Made by a program: the position numbers and the translations under genes
In this document: piece after piece, positions 1-10,195 of the stretch
Layout: each line of letters opens with the position of its first letter
Position numbering within the stretch: the stretch's first letter is position 1
From: Candidatus Cloacimonadales bacterium
Lineage (GTDB): Bacteria; Cloacimonadota; Cloacimonadia; Cloacimonadales; DAONDQ01
DNA: 64,000 nt
Reading direction: 5' to 3'
Assembly: GCA_963662275.1 (NCBI GenBank)
Contig: OY759316.1
Location: 2,688,001 to 2,752,000 of the forward strand
Notes under the pieces: generated by a model
Databases searched by the model: none
Seen by the model: only the letters and a program-made list of their open reading frames with translations
What the model was told of the DNA's origin: nothing

Positions 1-1351
1 ATTGCTTCCCTTCAATGTAGTTTGCTTCATCTGCAAAGACGGCTATGTCTGGTACCTGAGAGATAGCAGCTATGACCATATCAAATTCTTCTATCACAAA
101 TTCACCTGTAGGTTCAGGACGGCGTCTGCCACTGGCATCCGGAGCGCCTAAAGCCATCTTTTCCATCTTGATTTGAGCAAGTATTCCATTCACTCCAAGA
201 TACTCAACAGGATTTGTCAGATAATGGAAATGGATACCTTCATGACCTGATGCTTCAATTTCAAAAGGTTCAGCAGGCATTTCTTCACGAGTACGACGAT
301 AGATGATCGTCACATCCGCACCTAGTCTCCGGCTGGTTCGAGCGCAATCAATAGCGGTATTACCACCACCCACAACCGCAACTTTCTTCCCTATTTTGGG
401 ATTATTTCCCATCGCTACATCTTTCAGGAAATCTACTCCCAGGAAGCAACCTTCCAAGTCACTGCCCTGTACAGGCATGGGAACAGCCTTTTGAGCACCA
501 ATAGCAACATAAACAGCATCATATTTCTTGGATAAGTCGGAAAGCTTATGATCCCGTCCCAAGATATGATTTGTATGTATCTTCATGCCATTGCAGCACA
601 TCAATTCGATTTCCTTATCCAATATCTCTTTCGGGAGACGATATTCAGGAATGCCATATCGAAGCCAACCACCAGCAGCAGGAGCAGCTTCTATAACATC
701 AACATCATAACCGTTCGTAGTTAAATAAAAACCACAAGTCAAACCCGAAGGTCCGCCACCAATAATAGCTATTTTTTTACCTTTCAAAGGATTTCGTTCA
801 GGAGTATAAGACCAGGCATCATTCAGATCATTATCTGCTGCATAGCGCTTCAATTGGCGGATAGCAACAGAATCTTCAACGATTTGTCGGCGACATTCTC
901 TTTCACAAAAGGCTGGACATACACGTCCGATTGAGAGAGGCATAGGCAGTGTATCCTTGAGTACTTTCACAGCTTCATGGTACTGCCCGTTAGCAATTAA
1001 GGATACATATCCCTGGACTTCCACATGATCAGGACAGGCAATCTTGCATGGTGCTTCACAATCTGCATAATGGTTAGATAAAAGTAACTCTAAAGCCATT
1101 TTTCTTGCTTTGCGTACGGCTTCATTGTCTGTTTCTATTTCCATACCATTTAACACATCTGTTCCGCAAGCCGTGACAAAACCTCGTCTGCCTTTCACTT
1201 CTACGGCACAAACCCAACACGAACCATACGGATGAAGTTCTTCATCGTGACAAAGTGTCGGTATGTAAATTCCATTATCTTTGGCAACTTCAAGTATCGT
1301 TTTACCAGGTTCTACCTGTATATTATTTCCATTTAGTTTAATTTGAAACAT
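1..1351 (-). CDS. Large Fe-S/FAD oxidoreductase subunit (N-terminal 2Fe-2S HydA/NuoG-like domain + GltD/NfnB-like domain), StnC-like; runs off the window edge
   Basis: Not in the ORF track (truncated). Manual translation from ATG at 1351: MFQIKLNG...IPTLCH..SCWVCAVE..TAC (2Fe-2S), APCKIACP..GRVCPAFCEKECRR (GltD Fe-S motifs), IAIIGGGPSG (FAD), VVGGGNTAIDCAR (NADP-type Rossmann). Confidence 0.85.
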   Translation of the reverse strand, partial: MFQIKLNGNNIQVEPGKTILEVAKDNGIYIPTLCHDEELHPYGSCWVCAVEVKGRRGFVTACGTDVLNGMEIETDNEAVRKARKMALELLLSNHYADCEAPCKIACPDHVEVQGYVSLIANGQYHEAVKVLKDTLPMPLSIGRVCPAFCERECRRQIVEDSVAIRQLKRYAADNDLNDAWSYTPERNPLKGKKIAIIGGGPSGLTCGFYLTTNGYDVDVIEAAPAAGGWLRYGIPEYRLPKEILDKEIELMCCNGMKIHTNHILGRDHKLSDLSKKYDAVYVAIGAQKAVPMPVQGSDLEGCFLGVDFLKDVAMGNNPKIGKKVAVVGGGNTAIDCARTSRRLGADVTIIYRRTREEMPAEPFEIEASGHEGIHFHYLTNPVEYLGVNGILAQIKMEKMALGAPDASGRRRPEPTGEFVIEEFDMVIAAISQVPDIAVFADEANYIEGKQ

Positions 1352-1361
1352 GTTGTATCTC

Positions 1362-3137
1362 CTAACATTTCCGTATTGCATCAAATTTACATGTCTGAAT
1401 GCAAGCACCACATTTGATACAGGCTTTCTGATCAATGACATGAGGTTGCTTGACAGTGCCGGTTATGCACTTTACAGGACATTTCCGGGCACAAGCTGTA
1501 CATCCAATGCATTTTGCCGGATCAATTTCATATTTGACCAATGCCTCACATGAATGTGCCGGACAGCGCTTTTCCTGGATATGAGCAATATATTCATCTC
1601 GAAAATACTGAAGGGTTGTTAATACTGGATTGGGTGCGGTCTGACCTAATCCGCAAAGTGAAGTTTTATGAATATTCTCTGCTAATAACATAAGTGTATC
1701 CAAATCTTCCATCTTACCTTCACCTTTCGTGATGCGAGTCAGGATTTCCAGCATACGCTTAGTCCCGATGCGACAAAAAGTACATTTCCCACAGGATTCA
1801 TTTTGAGTGAAATTTAGGAAAAACTTGGCAATATCCACCATACAGGTACCGGAATCCATGACAACCATACCACCAGATCCCATGATGGCACCAGTCTTGT
1901 TAATGGAATCATAATCAACAAGCGTATCGAGTAATGATTCAGGAATACAGCCACCGGAAGGACCACCCATCTGGACAGCCTTGAAAGGTCGTTCTGTCTT
2001 CATGCCACCACCGACTTTATAGATCACATCACGAAGACTCATACCCATAGGTACTTCAATAACACCGCTATTACGAATCATCCCGGCAAGTGCAAAAGCT
2101 TTGGTTCCCTTTGCTTTTTCAGTTCCATATGCTGCATAAGCAGCAGAACCATTATCAATAATCCAAGGAATGTTTGCCCATGTTTCCACATTATTGATAT
2201 TTGTTGGTTTTCCCCATAAACCTGATTGTGCAGGGAAAGGTGGACGTATATTAGGCATACCGCGTTTTCCTTCGATGGATGCCATAAGTGCAGTTTCTTC
2301 TCCACAAACAAAAGCACCTGCCCCTTCCTTGATATGAAGTTCAAAGTGAAATCCTGTATCCATAATATTATCACCGAGATAGCCTCTTTCTTCAGCAGCA
2401 GCAATGGCTTTGATCAATCTCTTGATCGCAAGTGGATATTCAGCTCTGCAATATACATATCCTTCATCTGCTCCAATGGCATAGGCACCAATGATCATAC
2501 CTTCTATGACACTGTGAGGATCGCCTTCCAGGATGCTTTTATCCATAAATGCACCAGGGTCACCTTCATCAGCATTACAAATGATGTATTTCTTATCTCC
2601 TTTTGCATCGTGGGCAAACTTCCACTTCAGACCAGTGGGAAATCCAGCTCCACCACGACCGCGTAAACCGGATTGCAGTACTTCATCAATAACCTGCAAA
2701 GGAGTCATATTGGTTAGCACTTGACGAAGTGCTTCATATCCATGTTGTTCAATACTTGCTTCAATAGATTCTGGGTCAATTACTCCGCAATTACGCAAAA
2801 CGATACGTGTCTGGCTACGGAAATTTGTATTTTCTGAAGCTTCTGAATCAGAAGCCAGGACTTTATGATCTTGAAGAGGTTTCCCTTCTGCATAAGCTAA
2901 AATATAGGGGGTAATATTTTCAGCAGTAACTTTACCATAGGTTATTGTTTCTTTGCCTTCCCCCGAGAATTCTACCAAGGGCTCCTGGAAACACAACCCG
3001 ATACATCCTGCTTGAGTTAGTTTACCTGGAATGGAAGGCTGTGTTTTTAGCAAATTTTCGATAGCATGATACACATCTCCGGCACCTGCAGCCAATCCAC
3101 AACTTGCCATACCGACTTTGATTTGGAATTTTGCCAA
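1362..3137 (-). CDS. NuoF/HydB-like NADH-binding flavo-Fe-S subunit (StnB-like)
   Basis: GLRGRGGAGFPTG, CNADEGDPG, GAGAFVCGEETAL, ESCGKCTFCRIG, C-terminal 2x[4Fe-4S]; TTG start with GGGAGG RBS. Confidence 0.92.
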   Translation of the reverse strand: MAKFQIKVGMASCGLAAGAGDVYHAIENLLKTQPSIPGKLTQAGCIGLCFQEPLVEFSGEGKETITYGKVTAENITPYILAYAEGKPLQDHKVLASDSEASENTNFRSQTRIVLRNCGVIDPESIEASIEQHGYEALRQVLTNMTPLQVIDEVLQSGLRGRGGAGFPTGLKWKFAHDAKGDKKYIICNADEGDPGAFMDKSILEGDPHSVIEGMIIGAYAIGADEGYVYCRAEYPLAIKRLIKAIAAAEERGYLGDNIMDTGFHFELHIKEGAGAFVCGEETALMASIEGKRGMPNIRPPFPAQSGLWGKPTNINNVETWANIPWIIDNGSAAYAAYGTEKAKGTKAFALAGMIRNSGVIEVPMGMSLRDVIYKVGGGMKTERPFKAVQMGGPSGGCIPESLLDTLVDYDSINKTGAIMGSGGMVVMDSGTCMVDIAKFFLNFTQNESCGKCTFCRIGTKRMLEILTRITKGEGKMEDLDTLMLLAENIHKTSLCGLGQTAPNPVLTTLQYFRDEYIAHIQEKRCPAHSCEALVKYEIDPAKCIGCTACARKCPVKCITGTVKQPHVIDQKACIKCGACIQTCKFDAIRKC

Positions 3138-3149
3138 AATTTCCTCCCT

Positions 3150-3611
3150 TTAAAATTTGAACTTTTCTAAAATTGCAGGAAGTAAATCTGCATTCAGAGT
3201 TCCAAAGGTCGAATCATCTACCATGATCACCGGAGCTAAACTACAGCAACCCAGGCAGGCAACTTCCATTACGGTAAAAACTCCATCTTCAGAAGTATCT
3301 TGAGTGGCTTCCAGCTTCAAATATTCACGTAATCCTTTCACAAGGGCATTAGCCCCTGATACATGACAGGCTGTTCCTTTGCAGATACGGATCGTATGCT
3401 TCCCCTGGGGACGCAGACGGAACATGGAATAGAAAGTCGCAACACCATAGATGTCCGAAACGGCAGTACCTGTTTGATCTGCAAGATAGCTCATTGTTTC
3501 CCTGGAAAGGAATCCTTCCAATCTTTGTGCTTCCTGCATGAGCGGAATGAGAGCACCTTTTTTGTGATGAAACTTGGCAATGATTTGGTCAAGCTCTTGC
3601 TTCTGCATCAC
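3150..3611 (-). CDS. NuoE/HydC-like 2Fe-2S subunit (StnA-like)
   Basis: GVATFY, CKGTACH, ACLGCCSLAP motifs. Confidence 0.92.
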   Translation of the reverse strand: MMQKQELDQIIAKFHHKKGALIPLMQEAQRLEGFLSRETMSYLADQTGTAVSDIYGVATFYSMFRLRPQGKHTIRICKGTACHVSGANALVKGLREYLKLEATQDTSEDGVFTVMEVACLGCCSLAPVIMVDDSTFGTLNADLLPAILEKFKF

Positions 3612-3888
3612 GTCTCCTTTTTTTCGGAAGATTTGACAGCATCAAATCTGCATCCGAAAGATATTATTTTATGGGCAGAAACTCCTTTTGAGGGGGTTTT
3701 GTGTCAATAAAAAAATGCCTTGTTATAGCTATTTCCCGGTCTGAGACAGCTCAAAAAACAGGATTATAATCGATAATCTTATCTTTGTATTCAAAAATAG
3801 TGGTTCTTTTTCAAATTTTATCAACCTACTATGATAAATAATACATATCCTATCTTTCTCAATCACTTACATTTATAATTAAGCTCGT

Positions 3889-3966
3889 GTAGAGACGCCC
3901 GACTCGGGTATCTCATTTTTTCTGTAGTCGTATTAATGTAGAGCATCGTGAGTTGGGTGTCTCTAC
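3889..3966. repeat. Inverted pair of GTAG-REP-like palindromes (GTAGAGAC family)
   Basis: GTAGAGACGCCCGACTCGGGTATCTC at 3889 and an inverted relative ending TCTCTAC at 3966; same family at 36965-37039. Confidence 0.6.
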
Positions 3967-4098
3967 CTAACCTTTTCTAGTGCATCTCCATAACATTCGT
4001 ACTGCGAAATGAGAGTTTCTATTTCATAAATTTTACTTGACCTAAGTGTATCTTTAGAAAAGATGAAAAGTCCCGTTCTAAATATTTTAGAGGTAATT

Positions 4099-5760
4099 AT
4101 GAAGATAGAAGTTCGAATCGATGATGAATTCTGCTGCAACTATGAGACAGAAGTTCCCATCACAATTGGTGAATTATTCACGAAGGTTGAGATTCCTCAA
4201 TGTGAAGCTCTCTGCTATAAACTGAATCAGGTTAAATATGTCGCAGATGATTTCCTGATCACTGATAATTCCATGATAAATTGTATCAGCTATATGCATC
4301 CGGAAGGTTATAGAATATACCAGGATTCTACTATCTTTGTTATGGCAAAGGCATTCCATAATCTCTTTCCTGCTCCAATCAAATTAGTAATAGAGCACTC
4401 CATTGGGGATGGTATCTATTGTGAGGTCTTTGGAAAGGAACGTTTCACAGAAATGGATGCGGTTGCGTTGAAGAATGAAATGCTCCGTATTATCAAAAAT
4501 GGTAGCTTGATAGAAATCGTGAAATGTACTTTTGATGAAGCTGGGAAAATCTTCCAGGAAATGGGACGTAAGGATTTGCTGGAGAACTTGGATTATTACT
4601 CACCACGTACAATTCCCCTTTATCAATGTGAAGGTTATTACGATTTTTATATCCGTCCCTTAGCCACCTCAACTGCACTAATCAGTAAATTTTCAATTAT
4701 TTATCATTCTCCAGGATTCGTTCTCCGTTTTCCCCGTGAACATGAAGATCAGATCACTACGAATTTTGTATTACCCAAACAACTGTTTATTACACATCAG
4801 GAACATGATAAATGGCTGAATATTCTCAAAGTACATAATATGGTCGATCTGAATAAACTGATTGATAGTTATCGAATCAGTGATTTCATACTCGTAGAAG
4901 AAGCTCTTCATGAAAAGAAGATTGCTAACATCGCGGATGAAATCGTTAACAAAACTAGGGCAAAAATCATACTGATCGCAGGTCCATCCTCTTCGGGAAA
5001 AACTACATTTGCTAAACGTATTGCAGTTCAATTAAAAGTATGTGGTGTGATTCCTATGGTTATTGGAATGGACGATTATTTCCTTCCCCGAACTCTCACA
5101 CCCTTAAAACCAAATGGTGAATATGATTTTGAATCCATCGATTCTCTTGATCTGCAGTTGTTGAATGAGCATCTTTCCATTTTGCTTGATGGCGGTGAAG
5201 TTGAGCTACCTAAGTATAATTTCAGCCAGGGCATCCAGATGAACAGCCATATTAAAATTCAGCTTGGAAAAAATAATGTGATTGTTATGGAAGGAATACA
5301 TGGCTTGAATGAAAAACTTACTTCTTCAATACCTTTCAACCAGAAAGTCAAAATCTATGTAAGCGCTTTAAATCAATTGAACATCGATGATCATAACCGT
5401 ATTCCCACAACAGATTGCCGTAAATTAAGAAGAATGATTCGTGATTATAAATATCGTGGCTATGCAGCAGAAGAAACTCTGATGCGTTGGTCTTCTGTTC
5501 GTGATGGTGAAGATAAGAATATATTCCCATTCCAGGAAGAAGCTGATTTCATGTTTAATAGCAGTCTTACCTATGAATTGGGTGTCCTGAAACATCATGC
5601 CATGTCATTACTCGCAAGTGTATCCAAATATTCGCCTGCTCATACGGAAGCACATAGATTAATGAAAATTCTCGATTTTGTAAAAGAAATACCTGATAAT
5701 CAAGTTCCTCTTAATTCCATTTTAAGAGAATTTACAGACGGCAGTCTGTTCCGCTACTAA
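4099..5760 (+). CDS. Uridine/nucleoside kinase with N-terminal threonyl-tRNA-synthetase-like domain
   Basis: IAGPSSSGKTT P-loop, MEGIHGLN, NIFPFQEEAD; GAGG RBS before ATG 4099. Confidence 0.85.
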   Translation: MKIEVRIDDEFCCNYETEVPITIGELFTKVEIPQCEALCYKLNQVKYVADDFLITDNSMINCISYMHPEGYRIYQDSTIFVMAKAFHNLFPAPIKLVIEHSIGDGIYCEVFGKERFTEMDAVALKNEMLRIIKNGSLIEIVKCTFDEAGKIFQEMGRKDLLENLDYYSPRTIPLYQCEGYYDFYIRPLATSTALISKFSIIYHSPGFVLRFPREHEDQITTNFVLPKQLFITHQEHDKWLNILKVHNMVDLNKLIDSYRISDFILVEEALHEKKIANIADEIVNKTRAKIILIAGPSSSGKTTFAKRIAVQLKVCGVIPMVIGMDDYFLPRTLTPLKPNGEYDFESIDSLDLQLLNEHLSILLDGGEVELPKYNFSQGIQMNSHIKIQLGKNNVIVMEGIHGLNEKLTSSIPFNQKVKIYVSALNQLNIDDHNRIPTTDCRKLRRMIRDYKYRGYAAEETLMRWSSVRDGEDKNIFPFQEEADFMFNSSLTYELGVLKHHAMSLLASVSKYSPAHTEAHRLMKILDFVKEIPDNQVPLNSILREFTDGSLFRY

Positions 5761-5761
5761 G

Positions 5762-6112
5762 ATGTCGCAAATACTCTGTTGGAACATTGATTATACTCCT
5801 ACTGTTAAACCTTGGAGTACTGTAAAGTGTCCGGATAAAAAGAAGGTAGTCGAATATTTACAACCGGATTCCATTATCCTGGTTTCCTCTGACATCTGGG
5901 CAAAGGAAGATTACAGACAATTCCTCATAATGTCAAAAATCCATTATCCGAATATCCGTTTGGGAATTGTGGTAAAAAGAAAGAAAAAAGCTATTATCAT
6001 GGGAACCTATCTAAAAACATCAGAGATTGAGAATTTCATTCAAGCAAGCATGAGAAGGCATTTTAAGCTGGTTGATCATAAGAAAATTGTAGAATGTGCT
6101 TATAAGCATTAA
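5762..6112 (+). CDS. Hypothetical protein
   Basis: 116-aa ORF starting 1 nt after the kinase stop. Confidence 0.6.
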   Translation: MSQILCWNIDYTPTVKPWSTVKCPDKKKVVEYLQPDSIILVSSDIWAKEDYRQFLIMSKIHYPNIRLGIVVKRKKKAIIMGTYLKTSEIENFIQASMRRHFKLVDHKKIVECAYKH

Positions 6113-6345
6113 TTTCTTTTCTCTTATCTTAATGACCCAATGGGGGATTTATAGTCACCTTTGTAGGGGTTAAGACATCATTATTGGTTGAAAGTCATGA
6201 ATTGATTAATTTATCTAAATAATGATACTTTTTGATTGTAAATAGTACAAAATACCTTGATGAACTTGAAAAATCTAATGAATCTTAGTTCATTCTACAA
6301 ACTACTATCACTCCAAAAAACATAATACACCCATTGTGTAATTAA

Positions 6346-7062
6346 TCAATTTTGTTTTTCAGTTGTTGGTTTCGCGAAAGGTGGTAGTGATAAAACTGCA
6401 ATCCATGAACTCAAATCAATTGCCATATTACCTGCTCGTGGAAAGAAGACAAGTGGAGTACAAATTACCATCAGTGGCGGAAGTAAAATGGAAGCGGGTG
6501 CAGAAGAATAATCTCCAAAGGCATTACTATAGCACATTAAATCACCTTTTTTGGGATCGAACACGAACATCGATATATTAGCTCTACTACTTGCGCCAAT
6601 AAACCAATATGACCTTTTCACTTCATTGATCTTTATTATCCCAATTAATCCTGAGTTATCTGGTTGGATACTTTTAATTACCTCAGGACTGATACTTCTG
6701 ATTTTTGCATCACTTTGAAGATATCCATATAGTTCTTTTCCCTTTTTAGAAGATGCGTTAATTTTTGCAGGCATATTGATCTTAATATCCTGATTAACCT
6801 GATCTGGTATTGTGATGTCTACATTACTTTCAGTTATCGAATACCCATGTGAAATTATTCTTTTTTTCATCATTTTAGAAACGTATCCAGTGTAACTATG
6901 CTTTGTATCCTGCCTTGCATCAATAATAGGAAGTAGAGTTATTTTGTTATTTCCACGTTCATAATAATCATTAGCAATATAAGATACATAAATAGGAGCA
7001 CATCCTGTGAGGATTACCATCGCAATAATAAGAATAAAAAAATGATAGAATCTTTTGCTCAT
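6346..7062 (-). CDS. Hypothetical lipoprotein
   Basis: Signal peptide with lipobox LTGC; GGAGG RBS; AT-rich. Confidence 0.7.
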   Translation of the reverse strand: MSKRFYHFFILIIAMVILTGCAPIYVSYIANDYYERGNNKITLLPIIDARQDTKHSYTGYVSKMMKKRIISHGYSITESNVDITIPDQVNQDIKINMPAKINASSKKGKELYGYLQSDAKIRSISPEVIKSIQPDNSGLIGIIKINEVKRSYWFIGASSRANISMFVFDPKKGDLMCYSNAFGDYSSAPASILLPPLMVICTPLVFFPRAGNMAIDLSSWIAVLSLPPFAKPTTEKQN

Positions 7063-7418
7063 TATTCCTCCTGATAATATCTTTTTTTACTTGATATATA
7101 TTATGCACAATATAGATAGATAGCTATCATGTCAAGAAATATATTGTTTACTACCAAATATCAAGATATATTTTTATACTGCATCAATTTCTATTGCTAT
7201 TAGCTATAATATGTGAATGGCAATGCGCCCATCTTCTATTTTGGAAGATATTTAATAGAATTTTCCAGAAACAAACCATGTTTATTAATCACAGTTTACT
7301 ATTTGATCATCTCGATATGTATTCATATAATAACTAATTGCTTATAAGCCCAGAATAATAGGACGTTAAAAATTTATCACCAACCACCGAAACTAATTTT
7401 GCGTTCCCTCTGCCGATT

Positions 7419-8339
7419 TTAATTCTTTATTTTTATTTCCCTTTCTTCCACATCCCTAACGCCCTTCCACCTGCGATGCAGCCAAAACCATAAATACGGA
7501 TACTGCAAAATATGTTCTTCCAGTCTCTGACTGATATCTTTGGTCATTTGCTCCACACCTTCATCAGTTTTAGAATAAGCCATAGGATAAATCGGAGACT
7601 CAAAATGCGCTGTATTGCTTCCATCAGGATTTCTAATCAAAAATGCTGAAACAACTGGAATATTCGAATGCATGGCAATTTTGGCAGCTCCCTTGAAAGT
7701 TGAGGAAGGATGACCGAGAAAATCCATGATAATTCCATCTTTACCTGCATTCTGATCAATTAACAGAACAACAGCTTTATTGTCTTTCAATGCTTTGATG
7801 AGGTTCCGCCCAACTTCGTCTTTGTATATGATATCTATACCGCATTGCTTTCGCCATTTGTAAGTGTACTCATCAAAATAAGGATTTCTCTGTTTTTTCA
7901 CCACTGCAGCCATTGATATGCCATGCATTGATAGGACATGCATCGCCAATTCCCAATTTCCAAAATGACCTGTACTGATGATTGCTCCTTTTCCCAGGGC
8001 TAATGCATCAGTAAGATATTCAAAGTGTTCCATTTTACATTTCTTAGCAAGCTTGGTCGGGGAGGCAAAATATATCTCAGCAACTGTGATTCCAAGATTT
8101 AGATATGTCCTTTTCAACAGTTTCTTGATCTCAAGTTCACTTTTTTCTGGAAATACCATGACCATTTGATTATGGGCAATTTTCTTCCGAACTCCCAGGT
8201 AATAACCAGCAAATAGGAATAGTTGAACACAGAAAAATCTAATTAATGAGTATGGAAATAATCCTATGATAAATATTGCTGATCTGAATAAGCCATATTC
8301 TACAATATTCTGTAATTTCATGAATTTTCTTTTTTTCAT
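7419..8339 (-). CDS. Lipid A late acyltransferase (LpxL/HtrB family)
   Basis: TGHFGNWE, LIDQNAG, YPYLWFWLHRRWK motifs. Confidence 0.88.
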   Translation of the reverse strand: MKKRKFMKLQNIVEYGLFRSAIFIIGLFPYSLIRFFCVQLFLFAGYYLGVRKKIAHNQMVMVFPEKSELEIKKLLKRTYLNLGITVAEIYFASPTKLAKKCKMEHFEYLTDALALGKGAIISTGHFGNWELAMHVLSMHGISMAAVVKKQRNPYFDEYTYKWRKQCGIDIIYKDEVGRNLIKALKDNKAVVLLIDQNAGKDGIIMDFLGHPSSTFKGAAKIAMHSNIPVVSAFLIRNPDGSNTAHFESPIYPMAYSKTDEGVEQMTKDISQRLEEHILQYPYLWFWLHRRWKGVRDVEEREIKIKN

Positions 8340-8399
8340 ATAGGTTTCCTTTCTATTTACGAGGGAAAATGCCTCTCAAAAAATGTCAACCTGATTATT

Positions 8400-8444
8400 G
8401 TAGCACCTTCTTCAGGAGGTCATTGTAGCGACTTCTTCAGAAGG
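8400..8444 (+). repeat. Two GTAG-led REP-like hairpins
   Basis: GTAGCACCTTCTTCAGGAGGT and GTAGCGACTTCTTCAGAAGG in tandem. Confidence 0.45.
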
Positions 8445-8592
8445 AAATACACGCACAATGCAAAACAGACCATATGATAAAGCTTTTTAAAAAACCTTTT
8501 CTAGAAAAGTATGAAGATTTATTTTTATATTAGTTGCCATAAACAAATATTGAATTATATTGACATCATATTAAACAAGGGGAGGAGCAATC

Positions 8593-8910
8593 ATGTCAGT
8601 AATGGAACTGAATTTAGAGAATTTTGATTCGACTATCGCCAAAGGTATTGTCTTAGTAGATTTCTGGGCACCTTGGTGTGGTCCTTGCCGAATGCTCGGT
8701 CCGATAATTGAAGAGATTGGAAACAATGCTGATGGTTTTGTTGTAGGAAAATTAAATGTAGATGATAATCCCGACATCGCTGAAAAATACGATGTCAGAT
8801 CAATTCCAACAATTATCATTTTCAATAAGGGACAAATTGTACATACATCTGCCGGGTTAATGACCAAAGCGGCTCTTTTACAAAAGATTGATATCATTAA
8901 ACAAAGCTAA
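8593..8910 (+). CDS. trxA: Thioredoxin
   Basis: DFWAPWCGPC active site, 105 aa. Confidence 0.95.
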   Translation: MSVMELNLENFDSTIAKGIVLVDFWAPWCGPCRMLGPIIEEIGNNADGFVVGKLNVDDNPDIAEKYDVRSIPTIIIFNKGQIVHTSAGLMTKAALLQKIDIIKQS

Positions 8911-8925
8911 TCCAGCGAATTAAAT

Positions 8926-9618
8926 ATGGCTATCAGAGAAATCGAGATCAAGAGAAATGTGCTTAAATATCCGGCTGGATCAGTTCTAATTTGCATGGGA
9001 AATACAAAAGTATTATGCACGGCATCTATTGAATTAGGGACTCCCATTCATTGTAAAGATAAGAATATTGGTTGGCTGACTGCTGAATATTCCATGCTTC
9101 CCGGGAGTACTCATACTCGCAATCGTAGAGAAGTAAGCGTTGGAAAAGTATCTGGTCGAACGGCAGAAATCCAGCGTCTTATCGGACGTTCCCTGCGGGC
9201 AGTAACAGATCTTTCTCTTTTTCCTGGTTACTCAGTTTTAATTGATTGCGATGTTTTACAAGCTGACGGCGGTACCAGGACTGCTTCTATTACAGGTGCT
9301 GCCGTAGCCCTATATGATGCTTTCCAATTGATGATTTCTCAGAATATTGTAAATCAAAATCCCATGAAAGAATGGTTAGCAGCCATCAGTGTTGGTATTG
9401 TTTACGGTGAATATGCCCTTGATCTTTCCTTTGAGTTGGATTGTATTGCAGAAGTGGATTTCAACGTTGTTATGACGGAAAGCGGTAAATTCATTGAAGT
9501 ACAGGGAACAGCCGAACATAATCCATTCTCTCGTGAGCAATTGGATCAAATGCTCCTGCTAGCTGATTCAGGGATTCGTGAACTAATCAGTATGCAGAAG
9601 GTAGCTTGTAGCTTGTAG
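8926..9618 (+). CDS. rph: Ribonuclease PH
   Basis: GWLTAEYSMLP, SGRTAEIQRLIGRSLR, QADGGTRTASITG. Confidence 0.96.
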   Translation: MAIREIEIKRNVLKYPAGSVLICMGNTKVLCTASIELGTPIHCKDKNIGWLTAEYSMLPGSTHTRNRREVSVGKVSGRTAEIQRLIGRSLRAVTDLSLFPGYSVLIDCDVLQADGGTRTASITGAAVALYDAFQLMISQNIVNQNPMKEWLAAISVGIVYGEYALDLSFELDCIAEVDFNVVMTESGKFIEVQGTAEHNPFSREQLDQMLLLADSGIRELISMQKVACSL

Positions 9619-9630
9619 CTTGTAGCTTGT
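9601..9630 (+). repeat. Heptamer tandem repeat (GTAGCTT)x4 overlapping the rph stop
   Basis: gtagcttgtagcttgtagcttgtagcttgt. Confidence 0.9.
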
Positions 9631-9693
9631 ATGGAATTGTGACAGTAATTCCGCTTTTTACCTGCTTCGGACTTTACATGAAAGAAAAGAGTA

Positions 9694-9757
9694 TGGAGTT
9701 CAATTTCCCAAGCAAAACTCGCAGTAACCACCTAGCTAATAGGGCATTCGGACTTTA
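9694..9757 (+). repeat. ~63-nt hairpin element (16-bp arms, 32-nt loop)
   Basis: TGGAGTTCAATTTCCC-N32-GGGCATTCGGACTTTA; member of the family arrayed at 60966-61304. Confidence 0.8.
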
Positions 9758-9768
9758 CATGAAAGCTA

Positions 9769-9892
9769 AGAGCCGGTTCATTGAGTGATTTCGACGAAGG
9801 AGAAATTGTATCGAAATGACCCAATGTGACCCTATAACGTTGTGTAATGTCGTCTCCTCGATACAAATAGATAAATCTGTTCACTCGGAGAA
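9769..9892 (+). repeat. 124-bp dispersed MITE/REPIN-like module, copy 1
   Basis: Near-identical to 38572-38695 (inverted) and 48625-48748. Confidence 0.9.
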
Positions 9893-10033
9893 TTCAGTTT
9901 TCATCATCTGTAGCGAAAACCTGTTTCCAGGGAAGTTAAAATCGACCTTTTCATCTTCGGTAACAAATTAGATTTTCAGTGAAGTTCGGAGATGCCAATT
10001 CGCACTCGATATCATTTAGTTCTTTCCTCTTCC

Positions 10034-10068
10034 CTGTACGCTGTACGCTGTACGCTGTACGCTGTAAA
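10034..10068 (+). repeat. Heptamer tandem repeat (CTGTACG)x4-5
   Basis: Same unit as the reverse complement of the 60599-60870 array. Confidence 0.9.
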
Positions 10069-10195
10069 CTGTCATCTTATCCCCATATCCTGCTCCCCTT
10101 CAGTTTCTGTAATGTTATGCTTGACAAAAGGAATTCCTTAGGAGACCTATCTTTTATTAAAAAATCAGCTTGTTGCTATTGTAAGGAGAGAACTA

